The notes beneath the pieces are model-generated. The model made no database searches, was not told the origin of the DNA, and saw only the letters and a program-made list of their open reading frames with translations. Below are positions 8,959 through 18,694 of a stretch of 58,645 nt of DNA, in pieces. How positions within the stretch are numbered: position 1 is the stretch's first letter; every line of letters starts with the position of its first letter. This stretch comes from Solirubrobacterales bacterium (GTDB lineage: Bacteria > Actinomycetota > Thermoleophilia > Solirubrobacterales > 70-9): NCBI GenBank assembly GCA_035554595.1, contig DATMIH010000170.1, positions 1 through 58,645 on the forward strand. Direction: 5' to 3'. A program made the translations under genes and the position numbers.

Positions 8959-11115
8959 ATGTTCGTGCGTAACAAGAAGCGCGGCAAAGCTGCGCGCCGT
9001 AAGCCGAAAGCGAAATCCAAAGTCGCCGCCAAGGGACGGCTGCACTTGCCTCAGGCCCTGGAGCAGCGGCATCTGGATCTCATTGGCTTGTTCCTGATCG
9101 CCTCCGGGGTCTACCTGAGCTTCGTCCTCTTCTTCGGCTGGGAAGGCGGCAAGGTTGGCTACGGGATCGAAACTGCGCTGGTCTACCTCGTCGGCAGCGT
9201 CGGTGCGCGGATCGCCACGGTCTTGATGTTGCTGATCGGCGGCCTCCTCGTCACCGGCACCTCGATCTCGACCCTTGTCCGCGGCATCGGTCGCGGGCTT
9301 CGCCGGGTCTTCATGGGTAGCCGCGGCGCCGCACAGACCGCGATTCAGACCCGGCGGGACCGGCAGGAGGAAAAGACCTTCTCGTTTGAGACCCAGGCAG
9401 GTCCGACCGACGTGATGAGCGCCTATCCCGAGGAGGACGACGTCGAGCCCACCGTCGCGCTCGTCGAGGAGTCCGAGCCGGAGCTGGAAGAGGTCGAGGA
9501 GGCGGTCACCGAGAGCTTCGACGCCGAGCTGGCGGCGATTGAGGCCGAGGAAGATGCCGTCGCGGTCGACCCGATCCCCGAGCCCGAGCAGGTCGCTCTG
9601 ACCCCGCAGGGCAACAAGCGGGGCGTGACGATCTCCGAGGGCATCGACTACAAGCCGCCGCCGGCCAAATCCCTGGAACGGGGCAAAGGCGACAAGGGCG
9701 TCGACCCACGCGATCACGAGATCGTCGGCCGCAAGCTGGTCGAGACGCTCGCCCACTTCAAGGTCGAGGCGAAGATCGTTGGCATCGTCAGCGGCCCCCA
9801 CGTCTCTCGCTACGAACTGCGCTTGGCTCCCGGCACCAAGGTGAAGAAGGTGACCGAGCTCTCCAACGACCTCGCCTACGCGCTGGCCTCGACCGACATC
9901 CGCATCCTCGCCCCAATCCCCGGCAAGCAGGCGGTTGGCGTCGAGGTCCCGAACGCCCGCCGCCGCATCGTCCGCCTTGGCGACATCTACTCGGCTCGGC
10001 CCGAGAAGACCTCACCGCTGGTCGCCTGGCTCGGCAAGGGGATCGACGGCAACCCGGTCTGGACCGACCTGGCGAAGATGCCGCACGTGCTCGTCGCCGG
10101 CACCACCGGCTCGGGCAAGTCCGGTTGCGTCAACGCGATCCTCTCCTCGATCTTGATGCAGGCCTCACCCAACGACGTCCGCCTCGTCCTCGTCGACCCC
10201 AAGCAGGTCGAGCTCAACCACTACGAGAACGTGCCGCACTTGCTGACGCCGGTGGTCACCTCGCCGCGCCTTGCCGCGAACGTGCTGGCCAACCTGATCG
10301 GCGAGATGGAGAGCCGCTACGGGATCATGGGCCAAGCCCGCTGCCGCAACCTGGCCGAGCTCAACCGTGCCCGCGCCAAGGCCGGCGAACCGCCTTTGCC
10401 GCACATCCTCTGCGTGATCGACGAGCTCGCGGACCTGATGATGGTCTCGCCGGCCGAGGTCGAGGACTCGATCATCCGCCTCGCCCAGAAGTCGCGCGCC
10501 ACCGGGATCCACTTGGTCCTCGCTACGCAGCGCCCCTCAACCGACATCATCACCGGCACGATCAAGGTCAACATCCCTGCCCGGATCGCCTTCGCCGTCT
10601 CCTCGCAGACCGACTCCCGCGTGATCCTCGACCAGGGCGGCGCCGAGGCGCTGCTCGGCCAGGGCGACATGCTCTTCCGCGGTGCCGGTACCTCAAAGCT
10701 GCAGCGGATTCAGGGCGCCTTCGTCACCGAGGAGGAGACCGCCCGCATCACCAGCCACTGGGCCAAGCAGGGCGAACCTGAATTCGAGGCCGAGCTGCTC
10801 GAGGTGCACGAGGAGAAGGGCGTCGAAACCGAGGGTGACTTCGATCCCGACAGCGACGATCTGCTCGACGAGGCGATCCGCGTCGTGGTCGAGACCGAAA
10901 CCGCTTCCGTCTCGATGATCCAGCGCCGCCTGCGGGTTGGCTACACCCGCGCCGGCCGCTTGATCGACATGCTCGAGCGCCGCGGCGTGATCTCCGGCTA
11001 TGAAGGCTCCAAACCGCGACAGGTTCTGGTCACCGGGGCCGACCTCGCGCGCCTCACCGGCGGTGGCGAGCCCCAAGCGGTCGAGCCCGAGCCTTCGCCG
11101 GTCGCTCCCGAGTAG
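8959..11115 (+). CDS. ftsK: DNA translocase FtsK/SpoIIIE
   Basis: N-terminal TM helices, Walker A GTTGSGKS, Walker B VIDELADL, and a gamma winged helix (SVSMIQRRLRVGYTRAGRLID). ATG at 8959 is preceded by GAAGGGG. Confidence 0.92.
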   Translation: MFVRNKKRGKAARRKPKAKSKVAAKGRLHLPQALEQRHLDLIGLFLIASGVYLSFVLFFGWEGGKVGYGIETALVYLVGSVGARIATVLMLLIGGLLVTGTSISTLVRGIGRGLRRVFMGSRGAAQTAIQTRRDRQEEKTFSFETQAGPTDVMSAYPEEDDVEPTVALVEESEPELEEVEEAVTESFDAELAAIEAEEDAVAVDPIPEPEQVALTPQGNKRGVTISEGIDYKPPPAKSLERGKGDKGVDPRDHEIVGRKLVETLAHFKVEAKIVGIVSGPHVSRYELRLAPGTKVKKVTELSNDLAYALASTDIRILAPIPGKQAVGVEVPNARRRIVRLGDIYSARPEKTSPLVAWLGKGIDGNPVWTDLAKMPHVLVAGTTGSGKSGCVNAILSSILMQASPNDVRLVLVDPKQVELNHYENVPHLLTPVVTSPRLAANVLANLIGEMESRYGIMGQARCRNLAELNRARAKAGEPPLPHILCVIDELADLMMVSPAEVEDSIIRLAQKSRATGIHLVLATQRPSTDIITGTIKVNIPARIAFAVSSQTDSRVILDQGGAEALLGQGDMLFRGAGTSKLQRIQGAFVTEEETARITSHWAKQGEPEFEAELLEVHEEKGVETEGDFDPDSDDLLDEAIRVVVETETASVSMIQRRLRVGYTRAGRLIDMLERRGVISGYEGSKPRQVLVTGADLARLTGGGEPQAVEPEPSPVAPE

Positions 11116-11137
11116 ACCTCGGTAGGACAATGTCCTG

Positions 11138-11896
11138 ATGGACAGCGGTGTCGGCACGATCCTGCGCGAAGCGCGGAATCGCCGCAAGGTCGAGCTCTCC
11201 GAGGTCGAGGCGGCGACGAGGATCCGCTTTCGCTACCTGCGCGCGATCGAGGACGAAGAATGGGATGTCCTGCCAGGCGGTGCTTACACACGTGCCTTCA
11301 TCCGCACCTACGCCTCGTTTCTGGGCTTGGACGGCGATCGCCTGGTCGAGGACTACCGCGAGGGCGTCGAACCGTGGCATCGCGCCGACCCGGTGCGATC
11401 GCAGCCGTTGGGGGACCGGGCGCCGACCGCGCCCCGGGGCGCCCTGTTCGCCGGCCTGGCCGTGCTCGCGGTGGTTGCCGTCGCCGTCGCCGCGATCGTC
11501 GCCTTCCCTACCGGCGGGGGAGGAGGGTCTTCCCCGGCTCGGCCTGACAGGGAGCTGCTGAGGGGCCGCGAGGCGCCCTCGCGGGCAAAAGCCCCGCCGA
11601 CGCGCTCCGAGCCGGGCGTCACGGTGCGGCTGACAGCCAGCGCTGAAGTCTGGGCTTGCCTGCTCAACGCCAAAGGTAAGCCGCTGGTCAACGGCTTGAT
11701 TCTCGAAGCCGGAGCAGAAGAAGGGCCTTTCCACTCCGGTAGCTTCACGGTCTCTTTCGGCAACGGCGAGGTAAAGATGCTCATCGACGGCAGGGAAGCG
11801 GAAATACCGGCGACATCCAGCCCGGTCGGCTACGCGATCGACTCGGCGGGAAAGCTGACCGAGCTCGAAGAAGCCGAACGGCCCACCTGCGCATGA
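11138..11896 (+). CDS. RodZ-like HTH (XRE-type) membrane protein
   Basis: N-terminal HTH ([33 protein letters not shown]) with the [20 protein letters not shown] pattern, one TM helix, and a C-terminal beta-rich domain. Confidence 0.7.
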   Translation: MDSGVGTILREARNRRKVELSEVEAATRIRFRYLRAIEDEEWDVLPGGAYTRAFIRTYASFLGLDGDRLVEDYREGVEPWHRADPVRSQPLGDRAPTAPRGALFAGLAVLAVVAVAVAAIVAFPTGGGGGSSPARPDRELLRGREAPSRAKAPPTRSEPGVTVRLTASAEVWACLLNAKGKPLVNGLILEAGAEEGPFHSGSFTVSFGNGEVKMLIDGREAEIPATSSPVGYAIDSAGKLTELEEAERPTCA

Positions 11897-13179
11897 GCGA
11901 GGTACGGGCGGGCATAGTCGTCACCGGCACCGAGGTGCTGACCGGGCGGATCGCCGATCGCAACGGTCCTTGGCTTTCCGAACAGCTGGCCGAGCGTGGG
12001 GTGGAGGTGGCCCACATCCTCGTCGTCGCCGACCGGCCCGGCGACCTCGAGGCGGCGTTGCGCTTCATGGCCGCCGAGGGGATGGATCTGATCATTACTT
12101 CGGGCGGGCTCGGTCCGACCGCAGATGACCTCACCGCTGAGATCGTCGGACGCTTCGCCGGTCGCGAGATGGTCCTCGACGAGGAGATGGAGGAGAAGAT
12201 CGCCGAGATCCTGCGCGGTTTCGCTCGCCGTGCCGGCCTCGTCAACTTCGATCCCGAGGCCTTGCGCGAGGCCAACCGCAAGCAGGCGATCGTGCCCGAG
12301 GGCTCGATCGCGCTCGATCCGGTCGGCACGGCGCCGGGGCTCGTCGTTCCGGCAGGCGACAGCGTGGTGGTCGTCCTGCCCGGCCCGCCGCGAGAGCTGC
12401 AGCCGATGTGGTCCGCGGCGCTCGAGACTGCTCCCGTCGCGTCGGTGCTGGCGCGGGCGACGCCCTTGCGGGCCTACACGCTGCGCATGTTCGGAACTCC
12501 TGAGTCCGAGATCGCCAAGAGCCTGCGCGAGATCGAGGATGAGGGCGTGCCGCTGCCGGAGGTCGAGATCACAACCTGCCTGCGCCGCGGGGAGATCGAG
12601 ATCGACGTGCGCTATCGCGACCACGCCGCCGAGACGGCCGAGGCTGTGCGCGCCGGCCTGCGGGAGCGGCACCCCCGCCATCTCTTCAGCCTCGACGGCG
12701 AGACGATCGACTCTCAGGTCGCAGCGCTCCTGCAGGGCCACCGCCTCGGCCTGGCGGAGTCCTGCAGCGGCGGTCTGCTCGCCGCCCGCATCACCAACCT
12801 GCCCGGCGCCTCGGCCTACATGGCGGGCAGCGTCGTCTCCTACTCAAACGAGGCCAAGGCGGACCTGCTTGGTGTCGACCCGGCGCTGATCGAGGCCAAG
12901 GGGGCGGTCTCGCCGGAGGTAGCCGAGCAGATGGCGCGCGGCGCGCTGGAGCGCTTCGGCGTTGACGTCGCCGTCTCGATCACCGGTATCGCTGGCCCCG
13001 ACGGCGGCACGGAGGAGAAGCCGGTCGGCTACGTCTGCTTCCACGCCCGCCTCGCCGACGGCACGTCTCTCTCCCGCGATCCGGTGATCCCCGGCGGCCG
13101 CGCCGACATCCGCGAGCGCTCTGCGCTGGTCGGCATGCACCTGCTTCGCCTCCTGCTCAGGGGCGAAGAGGCGCCGTAG
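11893..13179 (+). CDS. cinA: CinA family protein (MoCF-binding domain + nicotinamide-nucleotide amidase domain)
   Basis: N-terminal [17 protein letters not shown] and C-terminal ESCSGGLLA PncC-like motif. ATGA overlap with the upstream gene. Confidence 0.88.
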   Translation: MSEVRAGIVVTGTEVLTGRIADRNGPWLSEQLAERGVEVAHILVVADRPGDLEAALRFMAAEGMDLIITSGGLGPTADDLTAEIVGRFAGREMVLDEEMEEKIAEILRGFARRAGLVNFDPEALREANRKQAIVPEGSIALDPVGTAPGLVVPAGDSVVVVLPGPPRELQPMWSAALETAPVASVLARATPLRAYTLRMFGTPESEIAKSLREIEDEGVPLPEVEITTCLRRGEIEIDVRYRDHAAETAEAVRAGLRERHPRHLFSLDGETIDSQVAALLQGHRLGLAESCSGGLLAARITNLPGASAYMAGSVVSYSNEAKADLLGVDPALIEAKGAVSPEVAEQMARGALERFGVDVAVSITGIAGPDGGTEEKPVGYVCFHARLADGTSLSRDPVIPGGRADIRERSALVGMHLLRLLLRGEEAP

Positions 13180-13251
13180 TAGAGCGAAACGAGGCAAGCT
13201 CGTCACAGGCTGGTGTTGTCGCGTGCGTCTGGGGTCCGTAGCGTGGCCCGG

Positions 13252-13854
13252 GTGAGCAAGGAGCGATTGAAGAGCCCGCGAGCGCGACTATTCGTGGCCC
13301 TGGATCTGCCCGATGAGGTGCGTGACGGGGTCGTCGCCTGGGGTTGCCGTGAGCTGGGTGATCCGGCGCTGCGGGTGGTGGCGCCCGAGTCGCTGCACGT
13401 CACGCTTGCCTTCCTCGGCTACCTGCCTGAGCGAGAGATTGCCAAGCTTGGAGAGATCGTTGCCGGGCTCGGGGCGACGGCGCCCATGTTGGGGTTGGGG
13501 GATCCCCTCGCCAAGCCCTCTTTGCGCCGGGCGCGCCTCTTTGCCCTACCGGCGATCTCACCCGGCGTCGCCGCCCTGCAGCAGGAGCTCGAGCGGAAGC
13601 TGGTCGCCGCACGGCTCTATGAGCCGGAGAAGCGCCCGTTTTGGCCACATGTCACGGTCGCCAAAGTCAAGTCCGCGGGCCGGGGAACTAGGCGCCCGGC
13701 TGCGGTCGAGAGGCCGCCCGGAAGGCTGCCGAAAAGGCTCTTAGAGCCCGCTCTTTGCGTCCGGGTGACGCTCTACCGTTCTGTACTCCAGCCGCAGGGT
13801 TCGCGATACACCCCGCTGGCGCAAGTTGAGCTGTCCCGAGACGGGCGGCAGTGA
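13252..13854 (+). CDS. thpR: RNA 2',3'-cyclic phosphodiesterase / 2'-5' RNA ligase family (2H phosphoesterase)
   Basis: Two HxT motifs (LHVTLAFLG and PHVTVAKV). Start is uncertain: GTG 13252, or the upstream alternative at 13213. Confidence 0.75.
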   Translation: MSKERLKSPRARLFVALDLPDEVRDGVVAWGCRELGDPALRVVAPESLHVTLAFLGYLPEREIAKLGEIVAGLGATAPMLGLGDPLAKPSLRRARLFALPAISPGVAALQQELERKLVAARLYEPEKRPFWPHVTVAKVKSAGRGTRRPAAVERPPGRLPKRLLEPALCVRVTLYRSVLQPQGSRYTPLAQVELSRDGRQ

Positions 13855-13867
13855 GGTGAAAGAAGAG

Positions 13868-14950
13868 ATGGCAGACAAGAAGACGACGCCTTTGAACGAT
13901 GTCTCGGCGAAGGAAGCCAAGGCTAAGGACGCGGCCCTGGAGGCTGCGGTAACCCAGATCGAGCGCGATTTCGGGGCGGGCTCCCTGATGCGGCTCGGTG
14001 CCGACAGCAGGTTGCCGGTCGAAGCAATTCCGACCGGCGCCGTAGCGCTCGATTTGGCGCTCGGTATCGGCGGCGTGCCACGGGGGAGGATCGTCGAGAT
14101 CTTCGGCCCTGAGTCCTCTGGAAAGACGACGCTGATTTACCACATCATCGCCGAGGCTCAGGCCAAGGGCGGTGTCTGCGTCTTCATCGACACCGAGCAC
14201 GCGATGGACCCGATCTACGCCCGGGCGATCGGGGTCGACACCGACGAGCTGCTCGTCTCTCAGCCCGACTACGGCGAGCAGGCACTGCAGATCGCCGACC
14301 GCCTGATCGCATCTGCCGCCGTCGACGTGGTCGCGATCGACTCGGTCGCAGCACTGACGCCGAAGGCCGAGCTGGACGGCCAGATCGGCGACACCACCGT
14401 CGGCCTGCAGGCGCGGCTGATGTCGCAGGCAATGCGCAAGCTAGCCGGCAACCTCAATCGCACCAACACGGTCTGCGTCTTCACCAATCAGATCCGCGAA
14501 AAGGTCGGCGTTCAGTTCGGCTCACCGGAGACTCAGCCGGGCGGCCGAGCGCTGAAGTTTTACGCCTCGCAGCGCCTCGACATCCGTCGCATCGAGACCC
14601 TCAAGGACGGCACCGAGGCGGTCGGCAACCGGGTCCGGGTCAAAGTCGTCAAGAACAAGTGCGCGGCGCCCTTCCGCCAGGCCGAGTTCGAGATCGAGTA
14701 CGGCCAGGGGATCTCGCGCGAAGGCGAGCTGCTCGATTTCGGCATCGAGCACGACATTGTCCGCAAGTCGGGTGCCTTCTTCTCCTATGGAGAGACGCGC
14801 CTGGGCCAGGGTCGCAACAACGCCAAGCAGTACCTCGCCGAGAACCCCGAGATCGCCAGCGAGATCGAGGCCAAGGTGCGCACGGCACTCGGGATTGGCG
14901 ATGAGGTTGCCCCACAGCAGGACATTCCCCCGGTTGCAGAAGCCGCCTGA
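13868..14950 (+). CDS. recA: Recombinase A
   Basis: Walker [10 protein letters not shown] and the canonical RecA sequence throughout. ATG 13868 is preceded by GAGGTGA. The track ORF start at 13826 overlaps thpR. Confidence 0.97.
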   Translation: MADKKTTPLNDVSAKEAKAKDAALEAAVTQIERDFGAGSLMRLGADSRLPVEAIPTGAVALDLALGIGGVPRGRIVEIFGPESSGKTTLIYHIIAEAQAKGGVCVFIDTEHAMDPIYARAIGVDTDELLVSQPDYGEQALQIADRLIASAAVDVVAIDSVAALTPKAELDGQIGDTTVGLQARLMSQAMRKLAGNLNRTNTVCVFTNQIREKVGVQFGSPETQPGGRALKFYASQRLDIRRIETLKDGTEAVGNRVRVKVVKNKCAAPFRQAEFEIEYGQGISREGELLDFGIEHDIVRKSGAFFSYGETRLGQGRNNAKQYLAENPEIASEIEAKVRTALGIGDEVAPQQDIPPVAEAA

Positions 14951-15048
14951 GGTTGTCTGTTCAAGCAGGCCAAGGACGCAGGGAGCGTGGCGTGCTTTTG
15001 CACGCGAGCGACTGAGGACGCAGGCTTGCGCCGGACAGACAACCTCAG
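14947..15048. repeat. Conserved hairpin-embedded intergenic element, copy A (second copy at 48793-48883)
   Basis: Perfect 14-bp outer stem (14947-14960 / 15035-15048). The core at 14977-15023 (CGCAGGGAGCGTGGCGTGCTTTTGCACGCGAGCGACTGAGGACGCAG) is nearly identical to 48818-48863. Confidence 0.8.
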
Positions 15049-15067
15049 TGGATAGGATTCGCGCCGC

Positions 15068-15676
15068 ATGAGCAACGAAACCTTGTTTTTCGTCTGCGGA
15101 ATCGCACTCGCGGTCTCTGCAGTAGCCGTTAGCTTCATTGGCCTGCGGGTCAAAAGCTTCCCCGGCAAGGCCGGGCCGTTCGTCGCGCTCGTTTTCGCGG
15201 TCTTGATCGGCGCCACGGCGACCTTCGCCGTGCTGCACGCCAAGGATGAGGACAAGGCCAAGGCCGCGGAGCTCTCCAAGGCGGACGAAGAGGTCGAAAA
15301 AGAGGAGTCCTCGCCGGTAGAAAGGGAAAGCAAGGAAGCGCCGGCGGGCAAAGAAGCACCAGCGGCAAAGCCCGAAGCGTCTGCCCAGGGACCGGGGGGA
15401 ACGCTGCAGCTCGCCGCCTCGGAAAGCGCTCTTGCATTCGACAAGACCAGCCTGACCAGCAAGCCGGGCAAAGTCACGATCGACTTCGACAACCCCGCAG
15501 CGCTCGAACACAACGTCGCGATCGAGCAGAATGGCAAAGAAATCGCCATCTCCGAAACGCTTGCCGAAGGCAAAACCTCGGTCAGCGCCGATCTCGCTCC
15601 TGGCACCTACACCTACCTCTGCACGATCCCCGGTCATGCGGAAGCGGGAATGGAAGGGACACTCGTAGTCAAGTAG
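15068..15676 (+). CDS. Membrane-anchored cupredoxin (plastocyanin/azurin-like blue copper protein)
   Basis: N-terminal TM helix, a charged Ala/Lys/Glu linker, and a type-1 copper ligand pattern (EHNV ... C-TIPG-H-AEAG-M). Confidence 0.8.
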   Translation: MSNETLFFVCGIALAVSAVAVSFIGLRVKSFPGKAGPFVALVFAVLIGATATFAVLHAKDEDKAKAAELSKADEEVEKEESSPVERESKEAPAGKEAPAAKPEASAQGPGGTLQLAASESALAFDKTSLTSKPGKVTIDFDNPAALEHNVAIEQNGKEIAISETLAEGKTSVSADLAPGTYTYLCTIPGHAEAGMEGTLVVK

Positions 15677-15710
15677 CGAGTTGGGCCGCGCGGGCGCTAA
15701 CCTCGGCGGC

Positions 15711-17039
15711 ATGAGGAGCGGTAAGCGGTACCACGTCACGACGTTCGGCTGTCAGATGAACGTGCACGACTCCGAGCGGATGCGGGGGATGCTCGAGTCG
15801 CTCGGTTACCAGGAGGCCGAGGCCCCTGACGACGCCGACCTGATCCTCTTCAACACCTGCTCGATCCGCGAGTCGGCTGACAACCGCTTTATCGCTCGCC
15901 TTGGTGAGGCGAAGCGGCTCAAGAACGAGCATCCCGACCGGATCGTGGGGGTCGGGGGCTGCTGGGCGCAGTCGGTCAAGGACGAGGTCTTCCAGCGCTT
16001 TCCCTTCGTCGACGTCGCCTTCGGCCCAGGCCAGATTCACAAGCTGGCCGAGTTCCTCAACTCGGACTCGCTCAGCGCCCAGGGCTACTTCGAGTTCGAG
16101 GACTTCTCCGGCCACCTGCCGACCCGCCGAGTGCGCGAGTTCCAGGGCTGGCTGCAGGTCTCTCAGGGCTGCAACTGCAACTGCGCCTACTGCATTGTCC
16201 CCTCGACCCGGGGGCGCGAGGTCAGCCGTGACCCGGATGAGCTCGTGGCCGAGGCCCAGGCGCTGGCCGCCGACGGCGTGCGCGAGGTCACCCTGCTCGG
16301 CCAGAACGTCAACAGTTACGGGCGCGACCTGCCCAGGGGGTCTCGGATCGGCTTTGCGGAGCTACTGGGCCTGATCGACGGGATCGAAGGGATCGAGCGC
16401 ATCCGCTACACCAGCCCGCATCCCAAGGACATGAAGGAGGACGTGATCCGCGCCCACGCCGACCTTGCCTCGGTCTGCGAGCACATCCACCTGCCCCTGC
16501 AGTCGGGCTCGAGCACGATCCTCAGGCGCATGCGCCGCACCTACGATCGCCAGCGCTACATGGACCGCGTCTCGCTGATCCGCGAGCAAGTTCCCGACTG
16601 CGCGATCACCACCGACATCATCGTCGGCTTCCCCGGTGAGAGCGAGGACGACTTCGAGCAGACGCTGGAAGTGGTTGACGAGGTTGGCTACGACAGCGCC
16701 TTCACCTTCATCTTCTCGCCGCGCCGCGAGACCGAGGCGGCCGAGTTCGGCGATCAGATTCCACACCCGGTCAAGGTCGAGCGGATGGAGCGCCTGGTCG
16801 AGCTGGTGCAGCGGCGAGCCACTGAACGGGCTCAGCGGTTTGTCGGCCGCGAGGTCGAGGTGATGGTCGAAGGCACCAGCCGCACCGACGAGACGCGCCT
16901 GCGCGGGCGTAGCAGGCACAACAAGGCCGTCAACTTCGAGGGCACGGCCTCGCCCGGTGAGCTGGTCGAGGTCGAGATCACCGCCGCAACCTCTCAGACC
17001 CTTACCGGGACCGAGAGACTGCTCAGCCGCGCGCTCTGA
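15711..17039 (+). CDS. miaB: tRNA-2-methylthio-N6-dimethylallyladenosine synthase (radical SAM)
   Basis: UPF0004 N-domain (TFGCQMN), radical SAM CxxxCxxC (CNCNCAYC), and a TRAM-like C-terminus. Confidence 0.92.
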   Translation: MRSGKRYHVTTFGCQMNVHDSERMRGMLESLGYQEAEAPDDADLILFNTCSIRESADNRFIARLGEAKRLKNEHPDRIVGVGGCWAQSVKDEVFQRFPFVDVAFGPGQIHKLAEFLNSDSLSAQGYFEFEDFSGHLPTRRVREFQGWLQVSQGCNCNCAYCIVPSTRGREVSRDPDELVAEAQALAADGVREVTLLGQNVNSYGRDLPRGSRIGFAELLGLIDGIEGIERIRYTSPHPKDMKEDVIRAHADLASVCEHIHLPLQSGSSTILRRMRRTYDRQRYMDRVSLIREQVPDCAITTDIIVGFPGESEDDFEQTLEVVDEVGYDSAFTFIFSPRRETEAAEFGDQIPHPVKVERMERLVELVQRRATERAQRFVGREVEVMVEGTSRTDETRLRGRSRHNKAVNFEGTASPGELVEVEITAATSQTLTGTERLLSRAL

Positions 17040-17041
17040 CG

Positions 17042-17770
17042 GTGCGGGTAATCGCGATCTTCGGCCCTACCGGGGTGGGCAAGACTGGGGTCGCGATCGA
17101 GCTTGCGGAGTTGCTGCGAGAGCGTGGGGAGAATCCGGTTGCGATCTCCTGCGACGCGCTGCAAGTCTATGAGGGCCTCTCGGTCCTGACCGGTGTCGCA
17201 TCGGCCGAGGAGCAAGCACGACTGGAGCACAGGCTGGTCGGCCTCGTGCCGGTGACCGAGCGCTTCAACGTCGGCGATTACATGCCGCTGGCTCACGCGG
17301 AGATCGATCGGGCGTTGGAGGCAGGGCGGCGGCCGATCGTGGTGGGGGGCACAGGTCTCTACATGCGGGCGGCACTGGGGGAGCTATCGCTGGTCAAGGC
17401 GCCGCCGGAGTCCGAGGACTCGGAGCTGTGGTCAGCTGAGACACGGCACCCGACGGCGATCTTCGGCCTCGACATGGAGCGCGAGCGGCTCTACGAGCGC
17501 ATCGACGCGCGGACCGAGGCGATCGTCGCTGCCGGGGCGCGAGCGGAGGTCGAGCGGGCCGAGGCGGCGGGGCCGTCGCGAACGGCGCGCAAGGCGCTTG
17601 GCTTCGACGAGGTGCTCAGCGGCGACCTCGAGACTATGCAGAAGCGCTCACGCAACTACGCCCGGCGACAGCTGACCTGGATGCGCAAGGTTCCCAACCT
17701 GCGCTGGTTCGACCGCACGAACCTCGACGACGCCGAAGCGGCGATCCAGATCATTCGCAATCTCCGCTGA
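17042..17770 (+). CDS. miaA: tRNA dimethylallyltransferase (short form)
   Basis: P-loop GPTGVGKT and the YARRQLTW motif. Directly downstream of miaB. Confidence 0.85.
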   Translation: MRVIAIFGPTGVGKTGVAIELAELLRERGENPVAISCDALQVYEGLSVLTGVASAEEQARLEHRLVGLVPVTERFNVGDYMPLAHAEIDRALEAGRRPIVVGGTGLYMRAALGELSLVKAPPESEDSELWSAETRHPTAIFGLDMERERLYERIDARTEAIVAAGARAEVERAEAAGPSRTARKALGFDEVLSGDLETMQKRSRNYARRQLTWMRKVPNLRWFDRTNLDDAEAAIQIIRNLR

Positions 17771-17836
17771 GTTCGCCCTTTTGGGCGGATATGCACGACA
17801 AAAGGCGAAGTCAGTAGGGGGCAATAGGCTGGGGGC

Positions 17837-18682
17837 GTGCGATTCGAGAAGTGGCAGGCGCTGGGCAACGACTACTTGATCGTCGAGGGGGGCGAGCTCC
17901 CTTGGGAGCTGACGTCGGGGCGGGTGCGGCGAGTCTGTGATCCGCATTTCGGCATTGGTGCCGATGGAGTGCTCCTGCTCTCGCGCAGCGAGGATCCGGC
18001 TTACGTCGCCGAGCTGCGGATCTTCAACCCGGACGGCTCCGAGGCCGAGCTCTCCGGCAACGGTGCGCGCGAGGCGATCCTCTACCTGCGCCGCCACGGC
18101 TGGACCAAGGAGGACACTTTCTCGATCCTCACAGCGGCCGGCGCGGTGACGCCGACGATCACCTCGGAGCGCACCTGCTCGGTGGCGATGGGGCGGGCGA
18201 GCACTGCCTCCAAGGATTTTCCCGACGGTGGATCGGACGGCCGCGGCAGCCTGAGCAGCGGCGGTCGCGAGTGGGTCTTCCAGCACGTCTCGATCGGCAA
18301 CCCCCAGTGCGCGATCGTGGTCGGCGAGGAGCTCGAGAGCTTGGATCTGGGCGCGGTCGGACCCGGGATCGAAGGCAACGCGCTCTTCCCCAATCGCACC
18401 AACGTCTCCTTCCTGCGCATCGACGGCAGCCGAGTGCGGGCGCGGATCTTCGAGCGCGGCGTGGGGGAGACGCTCTCCTCGGGTACCGGCGCCAGCGGTG
18501 CCGCGGTCACGGCCTTCCTTAACGGCGCCCCGAGTCCGATCACGGTTGAGCTCGACGGCGGTGAGCTCGTGGTCGAGATCTCCGGCGATCTCGACGTAAC
18601 GTTGAGTGGCTGGGCCGAGCAGATCTGCGCCGGTGAGCTCTCGGCCGAGCTGCTGAGCGCACTCGCCGGCCTGGACGGCTAG
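17837..18682 (+). CDS. dapF: Diaminopimelate epimerase homolog with Ser in place of both catalytic Cys
   Basis: DapF motifs are present: ALGNDY, FNPDGSEAELSGNGAR, GNPQC, ERGVGETLSSGTGA. It occupies the conserved miaA-dapF position. S73 (TCC 18053-18055) and S215 (TCG 18479-18481) sit where Cys is expected. Confidence 0.8.
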   Translation: MRFEKWQALGNDYLIVEGGELPWELTSGRVRRVCDPHFGIGADGVLLLSRSEDPAYVAELRIFNPDGSEAELSGNGAREAILYLRRHGWTKEDTFSILTAAGAVTPTITSERTCSVAMGRASTASKDFPDGGSDGRGSLSSGGREWVFQHVSIGNPQCAIVVGEELESLDLGAVGPGIEGNALFPNRTNVSFLRIDGSRVRARIFERGVGETLSSGTGASGAAVTAFLNGAPSPITVELDGGELVVEISGDLDVTLSGWAEQICAGELSAELLSALAGLDG

Positions 18683-18694
18683 ATTTCCGCGCCG

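Noticed and set aside
13700-13867. Search for a LexA/SOS box (GAAC-N4-GTTC type) upstream of recA, and likewise upstream of dinB (41677-41741)
   Set aside because: I found no convincing palindrome of that type by eye. The lineage may use a different LexA motif or a promoter further upstream, so no regulatory site is claimed.
14522-15739. 405-aa minus-strand ORF spanning the recA 3' end, the repeat element and the cupredoxin gene
   Set aside because: It is a shadow ORF antisense to recA and the cupredoxin. It crosses an intergenic hairpin and has no recognisable domain.
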